DNA from: Patescibacteria group bacterium
Lineage (GTDB): Bacteria > Patescibacteriota > Saccharimonadia > Saccharimonadales > CAYUUR01
Assembly (NCBI GenBank): GCA_052034685.1
Contig: JBPOIH010000007.1
Span: 79,249 to 138,851 of the forward strand
Reading direction: 5' to 3'
Length of the DNA: 59,603 bases
Below are positions 37,026 to 46,907 of this stretch, one piece after another (position 1 is the stretch's first letter; every line of letters begins with the position of its first letter). The notes beneath the pieces were generated by a model. It was not told the DNA's origin, did no database searches, and saw nothing but the letters and a program-made list of their open reading frames with translations. The translations under genes were made by a program, and so were the position numbers.

Positions 37026-38822
37026 CTACCAGCCGCCGCCGCCTCCACCACCACCGCCGCCTCCAGAGGAACCGCCGCCGCCAGAAAAGCCACTCGAACC
37101 AGAACTACTTGGCGCAGTGAAAGTGCTTGTCGCCGCAGTGTTAAAGCTATGCAAGGATCCAACAAGATAACCCGTTCTGAACGCAGATGTGTTGCCCTGA
37201 TACCATTCGGGCGGTTCATTGTAGAGGTCTTTGAATTGTTCTGCCCACTGTTTTTCTAGACCGAAGAGCATGGCATACGGTAGTAGTGTTTCGAACAGCT
37301 TGACCTGTGTAGAATGCTTTCCGGCCTGACCAAACTGTTTGACTCCTTCTGGTGATTGCAGGAACGCTATGCGATCTTTCTCAGCAAGCTTGATATACGC
37401 TTTGAGCCCAAGTAAATATTCTTTGGTTTCAACTCCCTTGACAGAGCGCGCAGGCATTGTCCGTGCTGCAAACATCATGATAAGTCCCGATGTGATCAGA
37501 CCAATCCCAATAGGTGTTAATATAACGGTAAAGGCTAGCATGAAGCCAATAAGTGTTGCGAGCACGCCACCAATCATGAAACCTCTTGGCGCCTTAATTG
37601 GGTCATTCGCAAAGTAGCCGTCCTTATACAGTGACTGCATTGTCTGTTTGTGTATCTTTACAACGTCGCCGTACAGTTTGTTCTTCAGAGACTTCATCTC
37701 TACTTTTTGACCTGTCGATGGAGCCTTGCCAAACAACCCCTGAACCAACAACAATTGTTCTGCCGTCAGGCCTTCCAACGGCTTCACAAGCTCAATGCTA
37801 TACTCTGGCTTGGCATGCTTCTTGTCTGAGGCGATTTCGTGGATAATCAAATACTTGGCAATGGCGAGCTCGATAATTGCTGCCGTAATTGCTGATGTTC
37901 GGACTTTCTCCTGCATGATTCCTTCACTAGTAATGGCATTGAGCCCCTTTGGCGGAGTGTACTGCGGAACGATAACGCCCTTACCTTTCGGGTCTCTACC
38001 AGAATTACGCCAGCGGCTTACCAGCCAGATCGTTGTGAGTAATGGCAGGAGCACTAACGGCGAAAGAAACAACAATGGACGGACGACCTCCCACAGAGAT
38101 GGTTGATACGGGCTAAAGGTGTTTTTCTCAAACCCCATGACAAACGAAAGGTTTTGGCCAGGCAGCAAATTGGCTGCACGTACATTTATAATTGTAGCGT
38201 CGTTTTCTACGGATTGCGTAATCTCGCAGTTGCTCGCCGTCGAGCCTAATGCACCAGTAAAGCACTTTGGCGATTTACTTATAGATTCTGCCAGTCCATT
38301 CGGTATATGTATGCGGGCTGTGACCGATCCAAAGGGTTGCATCCACTCTGTGCCGTTCACATCCCAGAACCACTCATCGTGTTCGTCGTAGTACGTAATG
38401 ACATCACGCATGGTGTAGCTAATGACATAGGTTTTTTCGCCGTGGACGTACTTACCGGCATCGCCGATCTTGAGCACAAGATTGTCGTTCTGGGTGCTGC
38501 TTGAATACGAGTAGGCATTGCCAAGCCGGTCTGTTACCTTGGCAACTTTTAGTTGAAGACTCTTATCCTCATAGGTTTTTGGTATCGCTCGCAAAATTCC
38601 ATGGTTCTGGTCATACTCAGGAAACACAGCGGTTATACGCTCTTCTACACGTAGCTCCGCCTCGTTGTCTGCATTCTTGCCCAGGTAGTAATCCGCCGCA
38701 AAGGACTTAATATCAAAGTCTTGGACGTTTTGGGCTTGTGCGATACGCACAGGCGACAGACTAAATACCAGAGAAAGTGCCAATACCGGCAAAAGTAATA
38801 ACAGCCTTAAGCGTTTCATCAT
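37026..38822 (-). CDS. DUF2207-family membrane protein with poly-Gly C-terminal tail
   Basis: Signal peptide, large N-terminal domain, central TM helices and the tail SSGSSGFSGGGGSSGGGGGGGGGGGW, typical of DUF2207. Confidence 0.65.
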   Translation of the reverse strand: MMKRLRLLLLLPVLALSLVFSLSPVRIAQAQNVQDFDIKSFAADYYLGKNADNEAELRVEERITAVFPEYDQNHGILRAIPKTYEDKSLQLKVAKVTDRLGNAYSYSSSTQNDNLVLKIGDAGKYVHGEKTYVISYTMRDVITYYDEHDEWFWDVNGTEWMQPFGSVTARIHIPNGLAESISKSPKCFTGALGSTASNCEITQSVENDATIINVRAANLLPGQNLSFVMGFEKNTFSPYQPSLWEVVRPLLFLSPLVLLPLLTTIWLVSRWRNSGRDPKGKGVIVPQYTPPKGLNAITSEGIMQEKVRTSAITAAIIELAIAKYLIIHEIASDKKHAKPEYSIELVKPLEGLTAEQLLLVQGLFGKAPSTGQKVEMKSLKNKLYGDVVKIHKQTMQSLYKDGYFANDPIKAPRGFMIGGVLATLIGFMLAFTVILTPIGIGLITSGLIMMFAARTMPARSVKGVETKEYLLGLKAYIKLAEKDRIAFLQSPEGVKQFGQAGKHSTQVKLFETLLPYAMLFGLEKQWAEQFKDLYNEPPEWYQGNTSAFRTGYLVGSLHSFNTAATSTFTAPSSSGSSGFSGGGGSSGGGGGGGGGGGW

Positions 38823-38875
38823 GCTCCACTATACGCCGTTTTTTGGCGATGAACTACCTTATTCTACACAAAAAA

Positions 38876-39232
38876 CTATGCTTGTTCGTCGTACTCGCTG
38901 ATCTTGCTGTTGATATAGCCGATGAGTGCTGAGAAGCCCCAAGCGATTAAACCATACACAATGATTGCAAAAAGCGCTGACACGTCTAAGTAACCAGTCT
39001 CGCCAACTGCTTTGGGCGGAAAGATACCGCGAAACGGCTGCAAAAAGTCAGTCGAGGTTGTATAGATAAACTTCACAAACGGTGAGCTATCGTTTGCAGA
39101 AAACGCCAGTAGGAACACCCGAAAACCGAGTACAATCTCTGCAAAGATAACATATGCGTACATCGCATACGTCAGCACCTTGCCGACATTCAGGTACGTT
39201 GGCACCTCTGATGTTGTTTGTTTTTTAGCCAT
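38876..39232 (-). CDS. YggT-like small membrane protein
   Basis: FLQPFRGIFPP...GYLDVSALFAII resembles the YggT P-x-R...D-x-S motif. Confidence 0.5.
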   Translation of the reverse strand: MAKKQTTSEVPTYLNVGKVLTYAMYAYVIFAEIVLGFRVFLLAFSANDSSPFVKFIYTTSTDFLQPFRGIFPPKAVGETGYLDVSALFAIIVYGLIAWGFSALIGYINSKISEYDEQA

Positions 39233-39284
39233 AGAACCCTCCTCGTCAATCTGACAGTGTTATTTATGGCTATAGTATATCACC

Positions 39285-39911
39285 CTACTGTTGGCCCGTA
39301 ATATCACTTGGTTGCAACAGGCCCCAGTCAACCGCATTAATCTCGCTTTCAGCTATATGTCCTACCTCGTCAGCTCGCCAGCCGTTCCATGCTTGGTTCA
39401 AACAGCCATAGACCAACCCGATTCCAAGACTCACCCCGTCAGCATATGAGCGCATCTGATCTTGTGAAAGCAACTCTTCAATACCATAAAAATAACCTGC
39501 ACGTTTCCATCCATGAACGGACAGCATTGCCAGCACTTCCCATCGTTCGGACTCAGCAGTTTTATCAATTACGCTCGGCACTTGTATATTAACGAGTGCG
39601 TCGTTAAGTTCAAGCGCTGGGCTGGACTGACTCAATCGATCAGCAGCCGTTAGCATAATATCCGCACCAACTTGTAGACCGAGGCGCCGACGCATGTCAT
39701 GTGCATAATCGCCATTTTTAGGCAGCAAAGCGATAGTTTCTTTACCTAAGCGATCCAACCCTTTGGCACGTGTACTCCTGAGGATTTCATCCAAGGCCAC
39801 AGTACCGCCAAAACGAAGTTCGCCCTCTATAGTTGTCGCAATATCGTGGAGCGGTACATCCAGAGGCGGTAAATTGTTTGCATTGAATTTCTCTAGTCCC
39901 ATATCACTCAC
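39285..39911 (-). CDS. Hypothetical soluble protein (208 aa)
   Basis: Clean ORF starting 9 nt downstream of the 724-aa gene's stop. No motif recognised. Confidence 0.6.
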   Translation of the reverse strand: MSDMGLEKFNANNLPPLDVPLHDIATTIEGELRFGGTVALDEILRSTRAKGLDRLGKETIALLPKNGDYAHDMRRRLGLQVGADIMLTAADRLSQSSPALELNDALVNIQVPSVIDKTAESERWEVLAMLSVHGWKRAGYFYGIEELLSQDQMRSYADGVSLGIGLVYGCLNQAWNGWRADEVGHIAESEINAVDWGLLQPSDITGQQ

Positions 39912-39920
39912 CGAGCCTGA

Positions 39921-42095
39921 CTACTTGTCTTCTTGTGCCTCAGCAATGGCAACTTCGGTACTTTTAGCAAGCGCACGGAAAAGCTTACGCATACGTGGGA
40001 TAGTAAGCAGACGCTTAATCTCTGCGTCAGACTCGCGAGCTACCAGCAACATGATGGCGTCACGGAATGATACATCTTTTTTGGTATCTTCAGATATCAT
40101 GTTGTTTTCTCGTGCATTTACGATATGGTTCCTTCTGATACCGAACTCACTCTCAAGTTGGCGTGATGAGTAACGATCACCTGGGCCAAAGCCTACTGCC
40201 AATAGTTGATTAGCGATCCGACCAACCACCGCGCGAATATGCTGTTCTTCTAATTCTGTCTTCGACTTAGTCCTCGCCTCTGGCGCTTCAAGTGGTTCCG
40301 GGCTGGCTGGCGTGTGCTCGATGCGCTCATCACGGATATCATCATTATTTTGTTCTGTATCGGCTTCAGGCATAACTTCAGTCTCCGCTTCTGGCGTGTC
40401 GACTTGTTCTTCCTCTTCAACCGTTGCTGGTGGCGTTGCTGGTACTGCTTCAATGCTGTCTTCAATTGTCGAGCGCGGCATCTCATCGCCTTCGTCGCCG
40501 GTGTCGTACTCAACACCAACAATTGTCACGCCAGACGAGAAACTGCCGTTATCAACAATAATGCGCGTGCTCGGGTTAAAGGCAATTAATTCGCGTAACT
40601 GTGCTGTCTCTGCGTCATCCATATCCAATATTGTATCAATCAGCATTTCGCCGAGACCACCCAAGTTTTCACCATATAACTGCCCAAAGATATCTGTAAT
40701 GTTATTCTCTGCAAGATCATTCAATAATGCATCGTTCTCTGTCAAAGCAATGAGCTTATCAGCAACTTCGCTGCGCAGTGCATCGAGTGAAACATTCGAT
40801 TCAAGTCGCTTCGTGTCTTCCTCGTCAAAGTTCTCTTCAATACATTCAAGCATGCCGTCAACAATATCAAAGACAAAATGTAGCATTGAAGACTCCGGAA
40901 TTGCCTCTGACTCAGCAAAATTTGGCATCGCTGAATAAATCTTACTCAGGAACGCATACAATTCCATCTGACTCGGCATCACTTCTGCAAAGCGTTCAAC
41001 AATCTCATCGCTCACTGAATCCACTTCAGTTTCGGCTGGCTGATCAATTGGTTCTTCAACGATTTCTGTTACTACTGGAACATCTGGTTCATTATCAGCC
41101 TCGGCATCAAATGTTTCAATTGGCGCAAACGGCTTCTCAAGCGATACAGGCATAGCTTCAGGATGCTGCTCAACCTCTGGAGTAGCAACACCGAGTTCAA
41201 CCAAATGTTGCGCAAACCGCTTGACGTCGTCATCGCTTTCGGCGCCAATCACAACGTCATATTTTAGCTCCGGATTAACTTCATATGCAGATGAAAGCCC
41301 ACGCTTGTTGTTGTGTGCAAACATTTGTTGCTTACGATAAGTCAGGTTCGTTAAGAACTCACGAACGTTGCGCATCACGTCTCTATCAAAGACAGGAGCA
41401 TGCTCTACGCCAAGGACAGAGGTGAACATACGCGTCCATAGTTCGTTTACGCTAATCTGCTCCCCGTCGACTAACTCTGTTAACACAGAAAGTGCCGCAA
41501 ATTTTGGAGCAGCGTGCCGCAGGCTCGACTCTTTTGATGCCAGCTTTATGCGTCGGCTGCCAATGTAAACAGCAGGCATACCTGATGTCTCATCCATACC
41601 AAAATCGATCGCAACTGTCGGGCGCGGTTTAGCGACTTCAGCAACCGCAGGCTTAGCTGGTTGTTGATCTGCTCGGTTTATACTAGCACTGTTATATACA
41701 GCTGGCTCTGCCGTTCCACTCAAGTTCATTAATGCACGAAGAGTCAACCTTCCTGCTACCAATCTAGTCTTGGTGTCTACCTGCATGTCAATCTCATGGA
41801 GTTTGTTGTCAACATCTGTCGTAGACATTTCCAACTCAAGCAGCGTTGCACGCAGTGATTCTAGTTTTTCTACATCAGAAGTATTCTTGTTAAGATCGCT
41901 CAGCGCAGAGATTGCAGCATCATCTGGCACACTCTCTAATACGGTGTCGGCAACACCAAAGGCAGCACGTACTGCCGCTTGACCTTCGGGTGTCTCATCG
42001 TAGTCTTCAGAAAATACAATTTCAGAAAGCCGACAAGCTCGTTCAATAGATGCCGCTGCCTCAGATAAGTGTCCTTGTTGTACATGCGAGTTCAT
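39921..42095 (-). CDS. Large, strongly acidic hypothetical protein (724 aa)
   Basis: Uninterrupted 2.2-kb ORF with long D/E-rich tracts (EEEEQVDTPEAETEVMPEADTEQNNDD). Antisense ORFs on the plus strand look spurious. Confidence 0.7.
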   Translation of the reverse strand: MNSHVQQGHLSEAAASIERACRLSEIVFSEDYDETPEGQAAVRAAFGVADTVLESVPDDAAISALSDLNKNTSDVEKLESLRATLLELEMSTTDVDNKLHEIDMQVDTKTRLVAGRLTLRALMNLSGTAEPAVYNSASINRADQQPAKPAVAEVAKPRPTVAIDFGMDETSGMPAVYIGSRRIKLASKESSLRHAAPKFAALSVLTELVDGEQISVNELWTRMFTSVLGVEHAPVFDRDVMRNVREFLTNLTYRKQQMFAHNNKRGLSSAYEVNPELKYDVVIGAESDDDVKRFAQHLVELGVATPEVEQHPEAMPVSLEKPFAPIETFDAEADNEPDVPVVTEIVEEPIDQPAETEVDSVSDEIVERFAEVMPSQMELYAFLSKIYSAMPNFAESEAIPESSMLHFVFDIVDGMLECIEENFDEEDTKRLESNVSLDALRSEVADKLIALTENDALLNDLAENNITDIFGQLYGENLGGLGEMLIDTILDMDDAETAQLRELIAFNPSTRIIVDNGSFSSGVTIVGVEYDTGDEGDEMPRSTIEDSIEAVPATPPATVEEEEQVDTPEAETEVMPEADTEQNNDDIRDERIEHTPASPEPLEAPEARTKSKTELEEQHIRAVVGRIANQLLAVGFGPGDRYSSRQLESEFGIRRNHIVNARENNMISEDTKKDVSFRDAIMLLVARESDAEIKRLLTIPRMRKLFRALAKSTEVAIAEAQEDK

Positions 42096-42197
42096 ATGTG
42101 CGTCATTATACCAGTTTGTTGTGTATTATTCAACTATGTTTCTTCTTTTATAGTTATTCTTGTGCTTAATTAAAACAACTGTGTAATACTGTTGCGC

Positions 42198-43043
42198 ATG
42201 AGTAAACCATCGGTAAAACTAAAAAACTATCAACGGGTCTATGACTACTACGAAAAGCGCCGCCAAAACCCCGGCGCGGCGCGACGTCGCCATACAGTTC
42301 TCGCAAGGCTATTCAAGCCCGTTATACATGAGCTAAACCCAGAGTTGAGCGCACAAATTAATGAACTCCGCGAACGCGGCACCCAGTTTGTAATTGCTGG
42401 CAACCACGTAAGTGATGTTGACCCAGTTATCATGGCGAGCCTAACGCGCCATTATCCGCCCCTGGCACACCTCGAGGGCAACACATTTATACCAAGCAAA
42501 AGTACGCTGTTTAAACATCGTTTTGTTCGCTGGTTGATTGATGACCTCGGCGCAACGCCACAATTCCGCACCAAAGATGTCGGTCGGAACGGAGAACCGC
42601 TGCCCGACGATGTCAAACAGTTACGAAACGCGGGACGTAAACGGTCATTCTTAATGGCACGTAGCAAACTTGAAAAGCAACGCCAAAACATGGGTATTTA
42701 CCCAGAGGGCGAGCGTAATGGCGAAGAGCGTGATCGAATAAGCAAGATTGGCTTTGGACTTGGCGAGATGATCTGCAATCTTGACCCTTCTGTAGAGATT
42801 GCCATCATCCCAATCGCCGTACACTACGGCAACGAAAGAAAACGACGCTTTGGCAGTATTCCGCTACTTGGTGCTGTCGAAAGAATCTGGCATGAGCACG
42901 ACCCAGATGTAACCCTTGGTAACATCATTCTTGGACCATTCCAACAACCTTCTGACTTTGAACCGCTGCTCCGTGACGGCATGCAAGAAACGCTCGACTA
43001 TTCAATCGAACAACGCGCTGCACGCTTCGCAGAAGCAGCGTAA
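42198..43043 (+). CDS. plsC: 1-acyl-sn-glycerol-3-phosphate acyltransferase family
   Basis: The H-x4-D motif (AGNHVSDVDP) and YPEGERN (FPEGTR-like) block. ATG 42198, with TTG 42192 as an alternative. Confidence 0.8.
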   Translation: MSKPSVKLKNYQRVYDYYEKRRQNPGAARRRHTVLARLFKPVIHELNPELSAQINELRERGTQFVIAGNHVSDVDPVIMASLTRHYPPLAHLEGNTFIPSKSTLFKHRFVRWLIDDLGATPQFRTKDVGRNGEPLPDDVKQLRNAGRKRSFLMARSKLEKQRQNMGIYPEGERNGEERDRISKIGFGLGEMICNLDPSVEIAIIPIAVHYGNERKRRFGSIPLLGAVERIWHEHDPDVTLGNIILGPFQQPSDFEPLLRDGMQETLDYSIEQRAARFAEAA

Positions 43044-43102
43044 GTCTTCTTCATTCATGTTGCCCAGCCAGCACAGCGCGAAGCAGCTTGATCATGAAGG
43101 TA

Positions 43103-43131
43103 TTGCATTTTATATATTTTTGTGCTATTAT
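43103..43131 (+). promoter_or_regulatory. Near-consensus promoter TTGCAT-17-(TGc)TATTAT placed for a leaderless transcript
   Basis: -35 at 43103-43108 and extended -10 at 43123-43131. Only 6 nt separate the -10 box from ATG 43138, and there is no SD. Confidence 0.5.
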
Positions 43132-43137
43132 ATGTGA

Positions 43138-43647
43138 ATGACCACACCTGAGTTTAGATCTCTAGGAGAAATACAAGTTCAGCCAGACGGCCAAAACCTT
43201 GTTCCTGTTGCAGTTCACCCTGTTACAGAGCTAGGTATTGTTCATGACGAAGACGGCAATTCACTACACCAAGTTACCTTTGACAGAACAGTACGGGTTG
43301 AGGAACGCTTCCAGTACGAGGGTACATGGTACCGACAATATGCATACGTACCGCAATCAGAAACTATCGTGACAGATAACTCACTTACTGCCCGCTATAT
43401 GTTAGTTGGCGATGTTGTAGTGGAGCGCAAGGCCCACGGCTCAGCGCTCATTGATGGCATGGTTGAGTTATCCGAAGAACTCGAAGAAGCACTCAACGAC
43501 TCCGATATCGACGCACGCGCGATTGCCATAAAAGCAGCGCTTGGCCACATTCAGCGTTCAGTCATAGAGAACTATCGCCCAATCGTTGACAAACAAGGTC
43601 GTTTTACGGTCAACCCAAAACCCGTCCTCGTTGGCAAAACTAATTAG
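43138..43647 (+). CDS. Hypothetical soluble protein (169 aa)
   Basis: Clean ORF behind a good promoter. No motif recognised. Confidence 0.6.
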   Translation: MTTPEFRSLGEIQVQPDGQNLVPVAVHPVTELGIVHDEDGNSLHQVTFDRTVRVEERFQYEGTWYRQYAYVPQSETIVTDNSLTARYMLVGDVVVERKAHGSALIDGMVELSEELEEALNDSDIDARAIAIKAALGHIQRSVIENYRPIVDKQGRFTVNPKPVLVGKTN

Positions 43648-43658
43648 CTTCAGGTCGC

Positions 43659-44165
43659 CTACTTCCAGCCGCCTTTGACGCGGATGCTTTTGATAATCAG
43701 CCCGTCTAGTAGCAGGTGGCTAAAGTACCCGGCCACCGCTGCACCGTATATCAGCAGACTTGTCTCGCCGACTTGCTGTGATGACAAGTACGACACCAAA
43801 ACAATCGGCAACGGAACCAAAAACATGGCAATACGGCTATGCGTCCAGCCGCGGTGCGTGCCAACTATTGGCGTCATTGCCAGTAGCCCCAATATTGCAG
43901 CTGCTGCATAGTAGCCAAATATTATAAGCAATACGTCAGCAACGAATGCTATGACAAAGAATATATCCTGCGCCTTAGAATTAGTATCAACATCTGGCCA
44001 CAGCCCAAACAGCACTGCCACCACATACACCGCTACCAGCAGCTGCCAGTCACCCGCCAGCACCGAACTGTCCGGTAAGCCCCGCCCTGGCAGTAGGTAG
44101 TAGCCAGCTGACACCACCGTGCCAGCCAGCACACCACCCACCACATGCCCTTTGTAATTTGCCAT
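43659..44165 (-). CDS. Membrane-bound metal-dependent hydrolase (YdjM/DUF457-like)
   Basis: The N-terminal KGHVVGG, GTHRGWTHS and several TM helices fit DUF457. Confidence 0.5.
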   Translation of the reverse strand: MANYKGHVVGGVLAGTVVSAGYYLLPGRGLPDSSVLAGDWQLLVAVYVVAVLFGLWPDVDTNSKAQDIFFVIAFVADVLLIIFGYYAAAAILGLLAMTPIVGTHRGWTHSRIAMFLVPLPIVLVSYLSSQQVGETSLLIYGAAVAGYFSHLLLDGLIIKSIRVKGGWK

Positions 44166-44198
44166 AAGCTTATTCTAACCGATTGTCGTCATTTCTCC

Positions 44199-44486
44199 TT
44201 AGTTAGCTGTATTATCCCAGTCACAAGTAACAGAGAACCAAGATGGTGACTCACCATAAGAACCATCACCACGTGAACTATATGCCCAGCACTCCATCTC
44301 CGTACCATCTGGCTTTGTCATGTCAAAGAACTCACCGTTTGCTTTGATTTCCTCAATTGTTGGTGGTTCTTTTTGTCCTTCGTAGGTGCTACAGCCTGCA
44401 AGCAATGCTGCCCCACCCAGACAACCAGCTACGACAGTATTACGCAGCCAATTGCTGCTTTGATTTGCTTCTATATTTTGGTACAT
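44199..44486 (-). CDS. Small lipoprotein (hypothetical)
   Basis: Lipobox ALLAGCS after a hydrophobic signal sequence. 95 aa. Confidence 0.55.
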   Translation of the reverse strand: MYQNIEANQSSNWLRNTVVAGCLGGAALLAGCSTYEGQKEPPTIEEIKANGEFFDMTKPDGTEMECWAYSSRGDGSYGESPSWFSVTCDWDNTAN

Positions 44487-44721
44487 TAAAAAGCGCCTCC
44501 TACACGCTTGAATAAGTGATTCGCCTTAGTCTGCGATTGCTTAGTCAAGACAGGAACGCTTGCTTTTTGATTGGCGTGATGTCTAGTTTTGGGACAATGC
44601 TGTTTCGGTGGTCGCCAAAGTCACTGTATGCTTACTTGCGCCCAGAATTGTAATTCCGTAATTGAGTATTATAGGACGTTTACCCCACATGTCAATGGCG
44701 CGCTATCCACATTAACCCAGG

Positions 44722-44967
44722 GTGAAAGGGATGATAATAGAACTGCTCAGGGTCAAAATGAGTTATTCATCGACATTTCAAATTCCAGAAGAAAAGTACT
44801 GGGAACCGAAGGCAATTTTAGAAGCAGAACACGGTAAAGAATTCCCAATTGAAGATGTACGAGAGATAGCTGATGAACTTGTTGGGCTATATCAGCTATT
44901 AATGCGGAGTGAGTCAAATCAGCAAATAATAACGAGAACTTCTAATTCTGTTGGTAGAAGTTTTTGA
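44722..44967 (+). CDS. Small hypothetical protein (81 aa)
   Basis: GTG-start ORF in the low-GC islet. It converges on the 209-aa gene and overlaps it by 26 nt. Confidence 0.3.
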   Translation: MKGMIIELLRVKMSYSSTFQIPEEKYWEPKAILEAEHGKEFPIEDVREIADELVGLYQLLMRSESNQQIITRTSNSVGRSF

Positions 44968-45571
44968 CGAGGAGCTTAACTGCTGGGTCGTCATATTTTT
45001 TGAATGTCCAGGAGTTGTATCTTTTCGCTACACCACTTTTCGGACCATTGTATTTGTAGTGTTCCAGTAAAACTAGCAGATCCTCATAGAATTGCCTGAC
45101 ATCGAGTTGAATCACGCAGCTTCTATTTCGAGGATCCTTATCAAGTCTCAGTAAATGATATCTCCCATCTAAGAAGCCAATGCTCCAATAAATTGATATA
45201 TTACCAGCATAAATTGAGCGAGGTTCGTCAGTATGTAGCAGAGAATGACGAAATAAGTGGGCAAGGATCGCTCCTTTACCCGAATATTCGTTACTAATTT
45301 TCGCCATGTCTACATCAATAAAAGTTTGTAGATTGTCATTATTGCTTGATCCGTGAATGAGGTCACCGATCGATTCTGCAACCGGGAAAAGCTCACGTGC
45401 CAACAGCCAGAATGGACTATAGTCCTGCGAGGAGCTTATAAGTTCCCACAATGGTTCAAGATCATGGATTAGTCGACCTTGAATCATTGAATAGGCATCG
45501 TAAGCGTTATTAACAATTCTTTGTACAGGCAATTCGCTATTCCTTATGGGCTGGAGGGGTCGGAAAGACAA
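44942..45571 (-). CDS. Hypothetical protein, partner of the nuclease-like gene
   Basis: 209-aa ORF. The start is TTG 45571 (35-nt overlap with the upstream gene) or ATG 45487. No family recognised. Confidence 0.55.
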   Translation of the reverse strand: MSFRPLQPIRNSELPVQRIVNNAYDAYSMIQGRLIHDLEPLWELISSSQDYSPFWLLARELFPVAESIGDLIHGSSNNDNLQTFIDVDMAKISNEYSGKGAILAHLFRHSLLHTDEPRSIYAGNISIYWSIGFLDGRYHLLRLDKDPRNRSCVIQLDVRQFYEDLLVLLEHYKYNGPKSGVAKRYNSWTFKKYDDPAVKLLVKNFYQQN

Positions 45572-46907
45572 CTACTTGGCCCGCGGTAGTCTCAAGTGCT
45601 TTTCTACAAGCTTCTTTGAAAGTTGTATCATCGTGGTGATCTTGGAGATAGACTGCTAGGGGGTAGAGGCTGTGCGTTGAAACCAGCGCAGTACCAAGAC
45701 GTTTTGCATTAAGTAAGCATTTTTCGGTAAATTCTACTCCGCGGCTTTCTGGGTTAGTAAGCCTAAAACCATTGCCGAATAGTATTCCCTTTGCAGGCTG
45801 AGTGACTTCCTCACGTTCAAAATCTTCGCCAATATTTGACTCTAACTGACGAAATTTAGATATGTTTATTGCAGAATTGTCCTTGCCCTCTGCCTCACCA
45901 ATCATTCTTAAATTATCGGGGCTTACTACTACATGGTCGATCTCTAAATCTCCCTCGCGGAAGTTGCCAACTTCGTATCCTAGGAGTTTCAGCGCTTTCT
46001 CAACCGCTTGCTCAAGGAGTGGACCCGTTTCGTAAAGTAGCGCCTGATAAGTAAGAGACTCGTCGATTTGCTGTATCTTGAGCTGCCGTGAGACCTTGAT
46101 CTTCTCTATTTTTGCGTCCAGGGCGTTCACTTCCTTTTTCAAACTTGAAATAAGTTCAGGCGTCTGTGCCTTATCGAGCCAGTCTGGAGCGGGCGTTGCA
46201 CTCGATTCATTACGCAACACACCATCTATCCCTACAAGCTGCTTCTTCAATGACGTTGCAAGGCCCATTCCTTGCTTAGTCCATACTTCTTCGTCCTTTG
46301 AGTTCGTCTCATAGAGTTGAGAAAGGTTGAAATATGGCAGCAACACAAGGTTACCTGGCATGTCTTTCAGCCGAACTACCGCGCCTAACGGGCTATTTCC
46401 GGTTCTAGTAACGCAAATTTTTCGTGTTTGTGTATCAGGGAGCATCGCCCGATACGAAATATGATCCTTTAGTGATTCAAGAAGCCCTGCAAACCTCGTA
46501 TCAATTACCTTAATCTTAACTCCACTCCCGTTTCTTATCTTTACGGAAAACGGCAGAGCGTCATAGTTGCTTATGGGAGTAGTATGGAATGTTCTTGAGC
46601 CTTTGCTGGAAGTTGATCCTGTAGCCCCCTGGTCTTTCTTTTCCGCGTTAAGTAGTATAAACACTGTTTTGCCATCTGCCACAGCGTCACTTAACTCTCT
46701 TCTCCAGTGTGATATTGACTCTGTTGCGCGTTTCGTTCCATCAATACTGATGCATGAACCGCCGGCTGAAAAACTTTCACGCTCATAATATGGGAGGCTT
46801 GGGTCAAAAAGTATAATGTCGTAATCCTTTAGTGAAGTACCTGAATCATAATCTAGGTAGTCGTCGTGACCAGGGACAAGTGTGTTTACTGAAATGATGG
46901 AGTTCAT
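45537..46907 (-). CDS. Hypothetical 456-aa protein: unknown N-terminal domain, coiled coil, C-terminal PD-(D/E)xK-like nuclease module
   Basis: The C-terminus LGYEVGNFREGDLEIDHVVVSPDNLRMIGEAEGKDNSAINISKFRQLESN fits a D...E-x-K plus Q-motif layout. It is preceded by the heptad-like stretch ELISSLKKEVNALDAKIEKIKVSRQLKIQQIDE. Confidence 0.65.
   Translation of the reverse strand: MNSIISVNTLVPGHDDYLDYDSGTSLKDYDIILFDPSLPYYERESFSAGGSCISIDGTKRATESISHWRRELSDAVADGKTVFILLNAEKKDQGATGSTSSKGSRTFHTTPISNYDALPFSVKIRNGSGVKIKVIDTRFAGLLESLKDHISYRAMLPDTQTRKICVTRTGNSPLGAVVRLKDMPGNLVLLPYFNLSQLYETNSKDEEVWTKQGMGLATSLKKQLVGIDGVLRNESSATPAPDWLDKAQTPELISSLKKEVNALDAKIEKIKVSRQLKIQQIDESLTYQALLYETGPLLEQAVEKALKLLGYEVGNFREGDLEIDHVVVSPDNLRMIGEAEGKDNSAINISKFRQLESNIGEDFEREEVTQPAKGILFGNGFRLTNPESRGVEFTEKCLLNAKRLGTALVSTHSLYPLAVYLQDHHDDTTFKEACRKALETTAGQVVVFPTPPAHKE

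Noticed and set aside
36985-37170. 61-aa ORF encoding a poly-Pro run.
   Set aside because: It is the reverse complement of the poly-Gly tail of the DUF2207 gene, so it is a low-complexity artefact.
40312-40938. 208-aa and other plus-strand ORFs (40314..40589, 40778..41155, 41770..41982) inside the 724-aa gene.
   Set aside because: These Ser-rich translations arise from the reverse complement of GAN/GAA-rich acidic codons. They are shadow ORFs.
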